A stretch of DNA of 64,000 nt from Rickettsiales bacterium (GTDB lineage: Bacteria; Pseudomonadota; Alphaproteobacteria; Rickettsiales; UBA3002), in assembly GCA_965247335.1 (NCBI GenBank), contig CBDFGU010000009.1:288856-352855 (forward strand), written 5' to 3'. Of this stretch, positions 26,815-37,090 are shown in pieces. The translations under genes were made by a program, and so were the position numbers. The notes beneath the pieces are model-generated. The model was given only the letters and a program-made list of their open reading frames with translations. It was not told the origin of the DNA and did no database searches. Position 1 is the stretch's first letter. Every line of letters begins with the position of its first letter.

Positions 26815-29733
26815 TTATAGCTGGTTGAGCTCGTTCAGGAGGTCATCCGCTGTTTTGATCACCTTGGTGTTCGCTTGATACGACCGTTGGGCAACGATGA
26901 TATCAGTAAGCTGTTCGGCCAGATCCACGTTCGAGGATTCAAGCGCCGCCGAGACCACCGAACCCGTGCCGTTATTACCGGCTTCGCGCAGGTTCACTTC
27001 ACCGGATGCACGGGTCTGGCTGTAGACGTTGCCCGAAAGCGCATCGAGACCATCCGGGTTCGCGAAGCTGGCGAGCGGAATCTTGAAGAGTTTCTGCGTC
27101 TGGCCGTTGCTATAGCTTGCCGTTACGATACCGTCCTTGTCGACGGCAACGCTGGTCAGCTCGCCCACCGGTGCCCCGTTCTGGTTCGCGAAGTTGACGT
27201 TGTAGGCCGAATCGAACTGGCTGAGACCATCGGTGAGACCGACTGTATCGCCCGGCGATGAAGTGGCCACCGCCACACCCGCCGTCCCGAGGTTGAGGGT
27301 AATGGTCGACGGCACAGCGGCGTTGGACCATTGCACCGCGATCGGGTTGCTCAGGCTGCTGGTCACGGAATGCAACGTACCGTCGCCATTGAACACGATG
27401 CTGCCGGTGGCGATCTGGCCATCAACGAAGGAGCCGGTGGCGTTGATATCGGTTGCCGGAATGGCATGCACTTCCACCGCCCAGGTGTTCGGTGCGGTCT
27501 TAATATAGCTGAAGCGGACATCGTGCGCGCTGCCGAGGCTGTCATAGACGGTCACGTTACGGCTGAACTGGGCCACGATATCACCCGAAGCCATGTTCTG
27601 GCCGACGGCGCCGGTCGGATCGTATTCCGGCCCGATGCTTGGCGTCGAGCTAGGCACGACCGCGGCATAAGTCGCGCCGTTAAGCGACGTTTTGGCAATG
27701 TTCGTCGCCGTGGCCGGGCTCCCCGCGAAGCCGAAGGTGGAGAGGACGCTACCCTGGTTCGATTTACCGACAATGGCGACCACCGCGCCAAGAGGCGCAG
27801 GCGTGCTGGTGCTGGTCGGAATGACGGTGGTCTGCGAGACCGGGATCTGGATGGTATAGCTCGTCCCGGTCGTGGAGACGACGTTGAACGGTCCGCCATT
27901 GACGCCAAGGCCCGGGATGTTGCCGATACCGTTCGGCAGGCCGGCGATCGTGACAGCGCTACCGGGTGAACCGGGCAGCATGGTCGGCGGCGCTGGCGGG
28001 ATGTCGTTGATGGTGACGTTGATGGTCTGCCCCGCCGTGTAGATACCGGCCGGCACGTCGATGTTATTACCCGCCGTGATGCTGAAGTTGGCCAGTGTCG
28101 CATCGCTGAACTGGATGGTGTTCAGCGGATCCTTCACATTGATGGAAAGCGTCGAGTTGTTAAGTGGGTTGGTGATCTTCGCACTGGTTGTCGTGCTGGC
28201 ATTCACCTTGTCCGCAAGCCCTTGCAGGCTGGCGTAACGATTGACTCCCTGGGCGGCGACGCCCACGGGCGCCAGCCCAAGTTCCTGCACCCAGTCGATA
28301 CCGCGTTGGGTACCTGCGGCGTTGCCGACGGCATCGCCATTGGTGAAGGTGACGGATTCGTTGGCATCCTGTGCCGCCACGACCAGGCGACCATCGACTA
28401 CACGTGCCGTAAGATCGCTCGTGGCATCGATTGCCTGGGCCAAGGTATTAAGGCTGTTGAACTGGCCGGTTGCCGTATTCGGCGAGTTCGCCGCGTAGGA
28501 GAACGTTTTCGCACCGCCGTTCGTGGTCGTGATCTGCAAGGTCAGCGCCGAAGCGGTGTAGCCCGAGCTGTTCGTCAGGCTGAAGAAGGGCGATGACGAG
28601 GTGATGGCATCGAGCACGTTGCCCTTGAACTGGCGAATATTGGCCGTGGCACCCGCCGTACCTTCCGCCGCACCGAAGGCATCCGTGGTCGGGGTCGTCG
28701 TGTTGATGCTGAAATGGCTCGCATCGATCCGGGTAATGGTATGGACCGAGTTGACCTCGGTCGAGGGCACGCCCGGGATGCTCAGGCCGGTGATCGTGAC
28801 CGTATCGCCCGTGATCATGTCATGGTTCGGTACGGTGAAGATGAAGGTGTTCTTGCTAGCCGCGTCCACGGTCACCACGCCCGAGCTTACATCGAGCAGC
28901 GATGTATTGTCTGAACCCGAGTCGCCGAAATTGACCGAACCGCCGCTGGTGGTGACCTGACGACCGATGGTGAACCCGCCATACTCGTAAGTGGTCGCCG
29001 TACCCCCCGCTGCCGTGACGTTGAACGTATCGCCGCGGCGCATCGAATCGGCCGTGGCAAGGCCATATTCGGAACCGACCTGGATCTGGTCGGCCGCGAT
29101 GTTCTGGTTGTAGCTGTTATGCAGGTCCGGCACCAGCAGGCCCGAAGCACCCGGATAGACCACTTCGCTGGATTTCAGGTTGGCACCGAGCGCGATGGTC
29201 GTCGTGCCCTGGGCGACCCCGGAAGCCGACTGGATGTTGACCGGTTTGAGCGAATCAAAGTTGCTCGACGCTGTGGTGTCGAGGTTGCCCGGGTCGCCCG
29301 GCAGGCGACCATCACGGTCGAGCGGCCAGCCTTGGAGGAAGAAGCCGTTGGTATTGACGAAATTGCCCAGCGCGTCTGGCGTGAAGGAGCCCGCACGGGT
29401 ATAAAGCGGCGTAGCCGCTGTGCCACCGATACTGCCATCCGCGACGGAGCGCACCACGAAGAAGCCGTTGCCCGAGATCGCCAGATCCGTCGGCGATTGT
29501 GTCGACTGGAGCAGACCCTGCTGCGACACGTCGAGGACCGTACCACCGCGTACACCACCAGTCTGGTAGGAGACAACGCTGCTGGAATTCACGACCAGCG
29601 AGGAGAAGGTCGCCACCGCCTGTTTGTAACCCACGGTGTTAACGTTCGCGATGTTGTCTGAGATCGCGCCGATCTTGCTCGATTGCGCGGTGAGACCCGA
29701 TACGCCGCCGAATAATGCTCCATACAAACTCAT
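26815..29733 (-). CDS. flgE: Flagellar hook protein FlgE (972 aa, large insertions)
   Basis: ISDNIANVNTVGYK, DLAISGNGFF, YTRAGSF and ESSNVDLAEQLTDIIVAQRSYQAN motifs. Confidence 0.96.
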   Translation of the reverse strand: MSLYGALFGGVSGLTAQSSKIGAISDNIANVNTVGYKQAVATFSSLVVNSSSVVSYQTGGVRGGTVLDVSQQGLLQSTQSPTDLAISGNGFFVVRSVADGSIGGTAATPLYTRAGSFTPDALGNFVNTNGFFLQGWPLDRDGRLPGDPGNLDTTASSNFDSLKPVNIQSASGVAQGTTTIALGANLKSSEVVYPGASGLLVPDLHNSYNQNIAADQIQVGSEYGLATADSMRRGDTFNVTAAGGTATTYEYGGFTIGRQVTTSGGSVNFGDSGSDNTSLLDVSSGVVTVDAASKNTFIFTVPNHDMITGDTVTITGLSIPGVPSTEVNSVHTITRIDASHFSINTTTPTTDAFGAAEGTAGATANIRQFKGNVLDAITSSSPFFSLTNSSGYTASALTLQITTTNGGAKTFSYAANSPNTATGQFNSLNTLAQAIDATSDLTARVVDGRLVVAAQDANESVTFTNGDAVGNAAGTQRGIDWVQELGLAPVGVAAQGVNRYASLQGLADKVNASTTTSAKITNPLNNSTLSINVKDPLNTIQFSDATLANFSITAGNNIDVPAGIYTAGQTINVTINDIPPAPPTMLPGSPGSAVTIAGLPNGIGNIPGLGVNGGPFNVVSTTGTSYTIQIPVSQTTVIPTSTSTPAPLGAVVAIVGKSNQGSVLSTFGFAGSPATATNIAKTSLNGATYAAVVPSSTPSIGPEYDPTGAVGQNMASGDIVAQFSRNVTVYDSLGSAHDVRFSYIKTAPNTWAVEVHAIPATDINATGSFVDGQIATGSIVFNGDGTLHSVTSSLSNPIAVQWSNAAVPSTITLNLGTAGVAVATSSPGDTVGLTDGLSQFDSAYNVNFANQNGAPVGELTSVAVDKDGIVTASYSNGQTQKLFKIPLASFANPDGLDALSGNVYSQTRASGEVNLREAGNNGTGSVVSAALESSNVDLAEQLTDIIVAQRSYQANTKVIKTADDLLNELNQL

Positions 29734-29825
29734 AAAATCTCCTCTGAATGCTTGTCTTCGTTGTCGCCCTTGGGCGGTTGAATGTTCTCGTCGTCGTCTG
29801 GTTGTCGTTCTTTCCGTCGTTACTA

Positions 29826-29841
29826 TGCGAATCTCATGCCA
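29826..29841 (-). promoter_or_regulatory. sigma54 promoter of flgE
   Basis: TGGCATG-AGAT-TCGCA with correct GG/GC spacing. Confidence 0.72.
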
Positions 29842-29847
29842 AGTGGC

Positions 29848-30678
29848 CTAGGTGCCGGAAGTGCTGGTATCCGTGCTCGCGCTACTGGTGCTGGTTCCTG
29901 TCCCGGTATCGGTCGAGGATGACGCGGTCGTCGTCTGTGCCCGGGTCGGCGTGCGCACGGCTAGCACGTCGCTGAATTTCACGTCGCTGCCGCCACCAGC
30001 CGGTATCAACATGGTATTGCCGCTGCTGTCCGTCTCAACGCCGCTAACAATCGTGACGGCATTGATTGTCGGGGTGATGGCAATGTTCGCCGCATCGTTA
30101 GCGGTGACGGAAAGTGTGTAAGTGCCATCCGCTTCCTGAGCGCCGGTCGTGCTGTTCACACCGTCCCAGATCACGACATTGCGGCCTGCCGTCGTAGTGC
30201 CGGCACCGCTGAAGACGACCGTGCCGGACGAATTGGTAATGGTTACATGGGCGTTGGCCGCCGCTTTCGGCAAGCTGTAGCTGAAGGCGCCCTGCCCGCC
30301 AATGATGAGACCCGTATTGCCCGCACTTTCGATTTCCTTGCCGATATAACCCACCGCCTGTGAGGTGGTGGACTGGTTCTGCGCGGCGATCAGCTTTTCA
30401 AGGTTCGCGTTGGTCGTCACCTGCTGCTGCACACCCGAATAGGTCGCGATCTGCTGGGTCATCGCCGTCGTATCCATCGGCGAGGTCGGATCCTGGTTCT
30501 TGAGCTGGGTCGTTAGCATAGTGAGAAAGAAATTCTCGTCGCTGCCGAGCGTCTGCTGCGATGCCGTTGCATCGGTTTTCGATGCCGTGCCCTTCGCCGC
30601 CGCTGCTTGCTGGGCAGCTATGAATGCGGCGTTGATCTGGTCGACGGACTGGCTACCGGTAATGCTTGAGTCAGCCAT
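29848..30678 (-). CDS. flgD: Flagellar hook capping protein FlgD
   Basis: FLTMLTTQLKNQDPTSPMD and WDG...DGTY motifs. Confidence 0.95.
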   Translation of the reverse strand: MADSSITGSQSVDQINAAFIAAQQAAAAKGTASKTDATASQQTLGSDENFFLTMLTTQLKNQDPTSPMDTTAMTQQIATYSGVQQQVTTNANLEKLIAAQNQSTTSQAVGYIGKEIESAGNTGLIIGGQGAFSYSLPKAAANAHVTITNSSGTVVFSGAGTTTAGRNVVIWDGVNSTTGAQEADGTYTLSVTANDAANIAITPTINAVTIVSGVETDSSGNTMLIPAGGGSDVKFSDVLAVRTPTRAQTTTASSSTDTGTGTSTSSASTDTSTSGT

Positions 30679-30689
30679 GATGGTTCTCC

Positions 30690-32312
30690 TTAAGCGCTGA
30701 TATCAACGCCCTCACGGACGTTGAAAAGATAGTTACGGGTGGTGGATGGAATGATGGCAGCAACGCTGGTGGTGGTTGACGATGCTGTCGACCCTTCCGC
30801 ATTGGCCTGCTGTTGCGAGCGCTGGCCCTGACCACTGCCCATATCGGAATGCAATTGTTGCTGCTGTGGCTGCTGGCGCATATTGAACTGCATGCTGCCC
30901 GTATCCGCCTTGATGCCCGCTTCCTGCAGCGAGCGTTCGAGCGAGCGTGCATCGCGGCTAAGGTTATCGAACGTATCCGCTTTATCGACCGTGAAGGAGA
31001 TCTGCGTTTGCCCGTCATGGTTCGTATGCATGTTCACTTCAACGCGGCCGAGGCCCATCGGATCGAGCTGAATGGTAATGTGGTTGATACCATCGGCTGC
31101 TGCTTTGGTCACGCTGACGCTCACCTGATCCGTCACTTGGGCGTGGTTAACGAGACCTGGTGTCTGGGTCACGGCGACCGGCTGCACGGCAGAAAAGGTC
31201 TGCGTTCCCGTACCGTTACCGGTTTGCGGGTTTATGTTATTCAGGGTGCTGAGGTCGGTCTGCAGCTTGGCCGCCGCGTGTTTGTCATCGGTTGCTTTCG
31301 CCGCATCCGCACCGGCGGCGGCGGCCATCGACTGGAAATCACTAGCTGCAGCTTTATCGGCATCCGACGCGGCGACCTTGCCCATTTTCGGCAGGTTCAC
31401 GTCCGGCAGCGCATCTGTGTCGTCGTTGCTCGTCAGTGGAGGAATCGCTTGATCAAGGTCCGACCGCGGCTTGAGGACTGCTGGCAACATGGTATCCTTG
31501 ATGCTGATGTCGGTCCCGCTCACTTGCGGCACAATGCTCGAGGGGACAACGACCGGCTGGGTAACCGCAAGCGCTAGCGGAACCACCACCGTGACCGTAG
31601 CATCGGCATCGACTGCCTCAACGTCACTAGTATCGTCCTTCTTCACCTCTTCTTTTTTCGCGCCGTTCTTCGTTGCTGCTGCAGTCGCCGCAGCCGTTCC
31701 AGCATCGGGACGAAACACCACTACCGGTGCTTGCATAGCAACGGCGGCAGAATCCCCCTCTTCATCCTGATTGTTCGCATTCTTTTCCGCTGCCGAATCA
31801 TCCACTTTTTTTATGGTAAGCATAGCAGTGAGGCCGACCATGGAAAGTTTCGCCTCTCTCACTAACGGTGAGGCCTGCAGAATATCCGCGATCGATTTCG
31901 GGGTGCCGGTGGTGATGATGGCCTGCAATTGGCTTTTGATTTGCGCCAGCGCCTGGGTTTCGGTCGTGTCCGTGCTCTGGCCCATCATCGTATCGAGGCG
32001 CTTTAGCAGGCCTGTTGCATCATCCGGCGACACCATCTGCTCGCGCTGTGCTAGTAATTGCGCGATCTGTTCGGCGGGCGACACCACTTCCTGCGCGCTG
32101 AGGGCGCCCGATGCGGATGCTTGTAAAAGTTTTGTGCCGGAAGCTTGCTGATGGGTCTGCTGACCATCCTGTTTGCCGGAATCGCTCAGCAACTGCGAAA
32201 AATGCTGACTCTGGGTACCGCTATCATCGGCACCACTCGCCGCCGCACCTTGGCCTTGAGCGGGTGGAGCAGCAACAAGTGCAACGAGCGCATTCAGTCC
32301 GGTGGATTGCAT
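30690..32312 (-). CDS. fliK: Flagellar hook-length control protein FliK
   Basis: Low-complexity N-terminus plus IQLDPMGLGRVEV...LERSLQEAG; position upstream of flgD. Confidence 0.9.
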   Translation of the reverse strand: MQSTGLNALVALVAAPPAQGQGAAASGADDSGTQSQHFSQLLSDSGKQDGQQTHQQASGTKLLQASASGALSAQEVVSPAEQIAQLLAQREQMVSPDDATGLLKRLDTMMGQSTDTTETQALAQIKSQLQAIITTGTPKSIADILQASPLVREAKLSMVGLTAMLTIKKVDDSAAEKNANNQDEEGDSAAVAMQAPVVVFRPDAGTAAATAAATKNGAKKEEVKKDDTSDVEAVDADATVTVVVPLALAVTQPVVVPSSIVPQVSGTDISIKDTMLPAVLKPRSDLDQAIPPLTSNDDTDALPDVNLPKMGKVAASDADKAAASDFQSMAAAAGADAAKATDDKHAAAKLQTDLSTLNNINPQTGNGTGTQTFSAVQPVAVTQTPGLVNHAQVTDQVSVSVTKAAADGINHITIQLDPMGLGRVEVNMHTNHDGQTQISFTVDKADTFDNLSRDARSLERSLQEAGIKADTGSMQFNMRQQPQQQQLHSDMGSGQGQRSQQQANAEGSTASSTTTSVAAIIPSTTRNYLFNVREGVDISA

Positions 32313-32350
32313 GGCATGTCCTTATCGACGGGATAATCTCCTCGATAAGA

Positions 32351-32366
32351 AGCAAGCCCCGTGCCA
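32351..32366 (-). promoter_or_regulatory. sigma54 promoter of fliK-flgD-flgE
   Basis: TGGCACG-GGGC-TTGCT, a consensus match. Confidence 0.85.
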
Positions 32367-32417
32367 ATCCATGGCGGATAGCAATAATGTTTCAACTCAA
32401 TTAGATAATAGGAGAAT

Positions 32418-32852
32418 TTACGCCGATACCGTCAGCGGATCAATGCTGCTTTCGGCAGGTTTTGCCGTAGCTTCGACCGCCTGCGTTTCTCCGCCGCGGT
32501 CGATCCGGTCCCACACGTCACGCATTTCTTTCAATTGCGCTGTGATGGCCTGACATTCTTTAAAATCATTAGTGCGGTGAAGCGCGAAAATACGCATATC
32601 CATCGCCGAGTAGAAATCATAGAGGATCTTCGCCGACACCCCACCCGATTCAAAATCAAGGCAGGCCTGCAGGCCGATTATGATATCCGACACGCGCATC
32701 AGCTTATGATAGCGTGTTTCGAACTGTTTTTTTTCGATGGCGTCGCATGCCTGCTGGAGAAAGCGGATCATGCCATCGTACAGCATCACCACCTGCCGTG
32801 TCTTGCTGACCGTATGCGTTGCCCGGCTATAGGCTTTGTAGGATTGATTCAT
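32418..32852 (-). CDS. fliS: Flagellin chaperone FliS
   Basis: VVMLYDGMIRFL, IIIGLQACLDFESGG, LYDFY and MRDVW motifs. Confidence 0.9.
   Translation of the reverse strand: MNQSYKAYSRATHTVSKTRQVVMLYDGMIRFLQQACDAIEKKQFETRYHKLMRVSDIIIGLQACLDFESGGVSAKILYDFYSAMDMRIFALHRTNDFKECQAITAQLKEMRDVWDRIDRGGETQAVEATAKPAESSIDPLTVSA
32453..32467. promoter_or_regulatory. ftr-like (FlbD) enhancer palindrome inside the fliS 3' end
   Basis: CGGCA-GGTTT-TGCCG about 90 bp upstream of the fliK sigma54 promoter. Confidence 0.6.
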
Positions 32853-32875
32853 CGCCTCACTCGAAAAGTCAGTTA

Positions 32876-34699
32876 TTAGCCTTTGCTGGCATTCGCCTGT
32901 GCGTCAAGCAGATCCAGAATACTGTTCGCGCTGGCTATCGCTCCTTCGAGCTTGGCATAGGTTACCGATAACTGGTCGCGATACGAACTGATCTGCTCGT
33001 CGATGGTTGTGATCTGCGTTTTATTACGCGCTGACTGATCGGTGAGCTGTTTGACATCCGCAGTCAGGGTGCCGTTGGAATTATCCGTGATCGAATCCGC
33101 CAGATTGTAAAAACGATCGCCCAGTCCCTGCGTTGCCGTCACATGAACGGTGGCCGTTGTATTCGCACTGGCATAGACCCATGATGATCCGGAAAAGATC
33201 GTTCCTGCCTGCCCGACAAGGCTCAACCCGCCGCCGGACAGTGCGGTCGCTGTAAGGTTGACGGTCTGGGTGCCGGCCCCATCCGTGTACGTCGCCGTGT
33301 AGATGTTGTTCGTTGTATCGATATTGACGGTGTAATTCGCAACCGTCAGGCTATTCGAACGAGCTGAATTCACAAAATTTGCGTCATCGGCCGTTTCCGT
33401 GAACTCGAACAACTGACGCACGCCGGTAAAGTTCGATTGCAGCAGCGCCGACAATTTATCCGTATCGACAGTCATGATGTCTTTGGTGGCCGGATTGCTA
33501 TCATCTCCCGAGAAGTTGTCGAGCGTGATGCCGACATCCGCCAGTTGCGAGGGGTTATTGCCCAGGATGCCATTGACGACACCGGAGACTTCATTGCTGA
33601 TTTGCGCCGTGATGTTGCGGAAGGTGGTATCGTTGTAAAGCACGGCAGTATCTTTGGGTGTGCCGTCATCGTTCAACTGACTTTGTGTGGAAGCGAATAG
33701 CTTGAACGCGTTATAGGCATCCGCGAATTGCGTGATGGCATTGGTCACGAGCGTGGTATCCGGAATAATGCTCACCTGAAGCGGCGATGCTGCCGGTTGT
33801 TTCAGGGTGAAGGTAACGCCATCGAGTACATCCGAGATCGTGTTGGTCTGACGGGTTAGCGAAATACCATCCACCGAAAAAATCGCATTCTGCGCGACGA
33901 CATTACCCGTACCGCCGCCGAACGTGATTTGCGATAGTACCCCGGACGGGTCGCTGGCGATGCCAGCACCGGCAGACCCCGCCGGTGCGCTGAGATCGAA
34001 TCCATATGTCGTGCCTGACTGCGTCGCCGAAAAGACAACTTGGTACTGTCCGCTCGCGACCGTCAGGATCGATGCCTGAATACCGGTACGGGTTGAGACC
34101 GCGTTGAATTTACTGACGACGGAAGATAAACTATCCCCGGAATTCAACGTGATGGCAATGCCGCCGGCCGTACCATCGACCGCACGCAGGTTTACCACCC
34201 CTGCCTGGAATAAACCGGGAGTCGGCGAACCGCTTGCCGTGACGGCGGACGCTGCAGTGGGGTCGGCGATGGTAATGACGTTGGATTGCTGTTTGGTTGC
34301 CGTCGCGAGTTGGGTAATCGAATCAATCGTGTAGGTCTGCGCTATGGCCCCCGGCTGGACGGCGACCGACAGGTAATTCGCCGCGGCAACGCCTGTATTG
34401 CTCGTCACACTCGCGGTACGGTATTGAAAAATATTTTTGCTGTCAACCGCGACACCAGGCGGATTACGTAGCGTATCCGCGGCCGACTCAAGCGATGTCA
34501 GCAGGGTCTTCAATTTCGCGAGGGCAGCGGTCTGACTGTCGATGGTTTTGTTATTGGTCTCGAGCCGCACGGCCGGCGCACGTTTGGCAGTCGCCAGCGC
34601 ATTAACGATGGCAGTGGTATCGAGTTTCGACGCCCCGCCGGTGAGAACATTCTTACCGTTCTGGACGCTGAATGTACCGAGTGAAATCTCTGAAACCAT
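32876..34699 (-). CDS. fliD: Flagellar filament cap FliD
   Basis: LDTTAIVNAL, ITQLATA, AQNAIFSVDGISLTRQTNTISDVLDGVTFTL, FADAYN and C-terminal helix. Confidence 0.92.
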   Translation of the reverse strand: MVSEISLGTFSVQNGKNVLTGGASKLDTTAIVNALATAKRAPAVRLETNNKTIDSQTAALAKLKTLLTSLESAADTLRNPPGVAVDSKNIFQYRTASVTSNTGVAAANYLSVAVQPGAIAQTYTIDSITQLATATKQQSNVITIADPTAASAVTASGSPTPGLFQAGVVNLRAVDGTAGGIAITLNSGDSLSSVVSKFNAVSTRTGIQASILTVASGQYQVVFSATQSGTTYGFDLSAPAGSAGAGIASDPSGVLSQITFGGGTGNVVAQNAIFSVDGISLTRQTNTISDVLDGVTFTLKQPAASPLQVSIIPDTTLVTNAITQFADAYNAFKLFASTQSQLNDDGTPKDTAVLYNDTTFRNITAQISNEVSGVVNGILGNNPSQLADVGITLDNFSGDDSNPATKDIMTVDTDKLSALLQSNFTGVRQLFEFTETADDANFVNSARSNSLTVANYTVNIDTTNNIYTATYTDGAGTQTVNLTATALSGGGLSLVGQAGTIFSGSSWVYASANTTATVHVTATQGLGDRFYNLADSITDNSNGTLTADVKQLTDQSARNKTQITTIDEQISSYRDQLSVTYAKLEGAIASANSILDLLDAQANASKG

Positions 34700-34740
34700 G
34701 GCTTTATCCTACACTAATCCTGTTGCTTTACCAAGCTCTA

Positions 34741-34770
34741 TGCAACACGCATGCCGTTTCGGCATGCGTG
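34741..34770 (-). promoter_or_regulatory. sigma54 promoter of fliD overlapping an 11-bp perfect hairpin
   Basis: CGGCATG-CGTG-TTGCA at 34741-34756; CACGCATGCCG-TTT-CGGCATGCGTG at 34746-34770. Confidence 0.65.
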
Positions 34771-34774
34771 GCGT

Positions 34775-35155
34775 TTATGCTTTGATATGAACGTTGATCT
34801 GTTGCACGTCCGCGTGGCCTGGCCCGATGATCTGCACGAACGTCTGCTCGGGCACGTAAGTCACCTTGCCATCCCGCAGGCTGGTATACCGGGTGACATA
34901 CTGACCATCCGCATTCTTGAATATGGTAAAGCTTTTATCACTTACCGGATAGCTATTACCCACTAACCCCTTGGATGCAGAGACCACGTGATCGTAGCGT
35001 TGTTGCTCCGGGTCTTGGGTAGAGGGATTGCTAGGTGCGGGCACTTCAGGATTTTGTTGTACTGGTAATTTTTGTGCGACCTGAATATCTGTGCTACTTG
35101 CACCCGGCAAAACCTGAGGAGCTATATAGCCCCCAGTTTGCAGGTTGATAGACAT
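34775..35155 (-). CDS. Divergent FlaG-like protein
   Basis: Position between fliC and fliD; FTIFKNADGQYVTRY...GKVTYVPEQ resembles the FlaG core pattern. Confidence 0.6.
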   Translation of the reverse strand: MSINLQTGGYIAPQVLPGASSTDIQVAQKLPVQQNPEVPAPSNPSTQDPEQQRYDHVVSASKGLVGNSYPVSDKSFTIFKNADGQYVTRYTSLRDGKVTYVPEQTFVQIIGPGHADVQQINVHIKA

Positions 35156-35201
35156 TGTCTTAGCTCCATTTATTTTTTAATTGGACCTTGATGGCCCTTA
35201 T

Positions 35202-35233
35202 GGGTGGAGGACATCTACTGACATCCCCCACCC
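35202..35233 (-). terminator. Hairpin downstream of fliC (terminator or mRNA stabiliser)
   Basis: GGGUGGGGGAUGUC-AGUA-GAUGUCCUCCACCC pairs fully, with three G-U pairs, only on the minus-strand RNA; no U tract. Confidence 0.7.
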
Positions 35234-35257
35234 GTTTTGGTTACAATCCTTCTAAAG

Positions 35258-36964
35258 CTACTGGATGAGTTTCAGCAGGGCTTGCGGCAGCTGGTTGGCT
35301 TGGGCCAACACGGCGATACCCGCTTGCGTCTGAACTTGCGCGCTGGCGTAAGCGGTCGATTCAGTCGACACATCGGTATCGAGCAGTTGCGAGCGAGCTG
35401 CATCCTGGTTCTCGATCGAGGACTGGATGGAGTTCGAGGCAAAGTTGAACCGTGACTCGAGCGCACCGATCGTTGCTTCAACCGAGGTCGCTTTCACGAT
35501 TGCGGCATCAAGTACCGCCGATGCGTTGGCAGCGGTTGCTGCCGTCGACACATCCAGCGTTTGACCACCATACAGGCTGTTCGTCGTCGTGGAACCGATG
35601 GTGACGTTAATCGTATCCGTCGCCGCGGTGCCAATCGAGAAGTTCAGTCCGTTACCACCCGCTTTACTGAAGCCGGTGTTGAGTGCCGAGATGAACGATG
35701 CACGCAGCGTCGTATCCGTACGGATATTCCCCGTGGTGACCGCAGCCGTCGTCGGCAGGTTCGCAAGATTGATCGTCACGCTCTGCAGGCCCGTACCATC
35801 AGTGAACTGCAAGGTACCGTTGCTGATGCTATCCTTCGTGGCAGTCGCGGTGAAGGTCTGGCCATTCACTTGAACCGAAAGGATGTTGGCGTTCGCAGCT
35901 GTGCTGCCACCGTACGTAAAGTTACCGATGTTCAGCGAGCCACCCGTGGCAACACGCGCAGTAACGAAAGCACCCGTTGTCGCGTTACCGGTCGCACCGC
36001 TCAAGGCCGTACCCGTGAAGTTGACGCCTTGAACCACGTTCGCACGGTCTACATAGGTGTTTTTAAAACCGTTCTGGACGTTGGCAACCGTGTTGGCAGT
36101 GGTCGAACTATCGACGAAGCTTACTGCACCAAGGCCCACCTTAATATAGGTGTTACCGTTCTGCAGGACTGCCGTAGCGGCGGCGTTCGAGGTCACCGTA
36201 CCGGTATAGGTCGAGCCGTTAATGACTGCGGTCAGCGTACCAGTACCCGTACCCACAGCACCGTAGTTTACGTTGCTGAAGTTAAAGCTGCTGAACTGGC
36301 CGTAGAGGTTCTGGTCAACGGTGGTGTAAGCGGCGTTGGCAAGGAGTGTACCTGAGCTATCGGTAACGGTAAGGTTACCAAGCGCAACACCGTTCGCCAG
36401 TGCAGCAGTACCGGTCGTGGTGCTGAAGGCCTGGATGGCGACGGTCGAGGCGACAGCCGCACTACCGCCCACGGTCGGGGCAGCGATCGTGGTGTTCGCA
36501 GAAAGTGCGTCGGTACGCTGGATTGTGGTATTAGTACCCAAGGTACCCGCGATCAGCTGGACGCCGTTGAAGTTGGTCGATTGCGAGAGACGATCGATCT
36601 CCGCTGACAGGTTCGTGAATTCCTGGTTGAGGAGCGCACGGTTCGAGTCGGTCAGCTGACCGGATGAAGACTGGGTGGCAATCGCTTTTTGACGCTGCAG
36701 GATATCGATGATCTGCGTGGTGGCGCCATCGGCTACTTGAAGCAGGCTGGAACCTTGCGATGCGTTGGAAAGAGCCTGGCGCAGCGTGGTCACTTGCGTA
36801 CGAAGCGCGGTACCGGTAGCAAGACCGGAAACGTCGTCGGAAGCTTTCGCGATGCGGTTACCGCTCGACAGGCGAGCGATCGATTCGGCTGCACTTGCCG
36901 AGGCAAGCGCGATATTACCCTGCGCAGAGAACGCAGCGATATTGCTGATGATAGAGTTAGACAT
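35258..36964 (-). CDS. fliC: Flagellin (568 aa)
   Basis: RLSSGNRIAKASDD, LLQVADGA, TNFNGVQL and LAQANQLPQALLKL motifs; SD AGGAGA. Confidence 0.97.
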   Translation of the reverse strand: MSNSIISNIAAFSAQGNIALASASAAESIARLSSGNRIAKASDDVSGLATGTALRTQVTTLRQALSNASQGSSLLQVADGATTQIIDILQRQKAIATQSSSGQLTDSNRALLNQEFTNLSAEIDRLSQSTNFNGVQLIAGTLGTNTTIQRTDALSANTTIAAPTVGGSAAVASTVAIQAFSTTTGTAALANGVALGNLTVTDSSGTLLANAAYTTVDQNLYGQFSSFNFSNVNYGAVGTGTGTLTAVINGSTYTGTVTSNAAATAVLQNGNTYIKVGLGAVSFVDSSTTANTVANVQNGFKNTYVDRANVVQGVNFTGTALSGATGNATTGAFVTARVATGGSLNIGNFTYGGSTAANANILSVQVNGQTFTATATKDSISNGTLQFTDGTGLQSVTINLANLPTTAAVTTGNIRTDTTLRASFISALNTGFSKAGGNGLNFSIGTAATDTINVTIGSTTTNSLYGGQTLDVSTAATAANASAVLDAAIVKATSVEATIGALESRFNFASNSIQSSIENQDAARSQLLDTDVSTESTAYASAQVQTQAGIAVLAQANQLPQALLKLIQ

Positions 36965-37090
36965 TGGGTATCTCCTACTTGGACTGTTAAAATTGACCAG
37001 GGCTACTTGCCCACCAGACACCTAAAGAGCTGGAAACATCATGTCTCCGGGTTTTCTTCAGACGCATGTTTGTATCATTAGCGGCAATTA

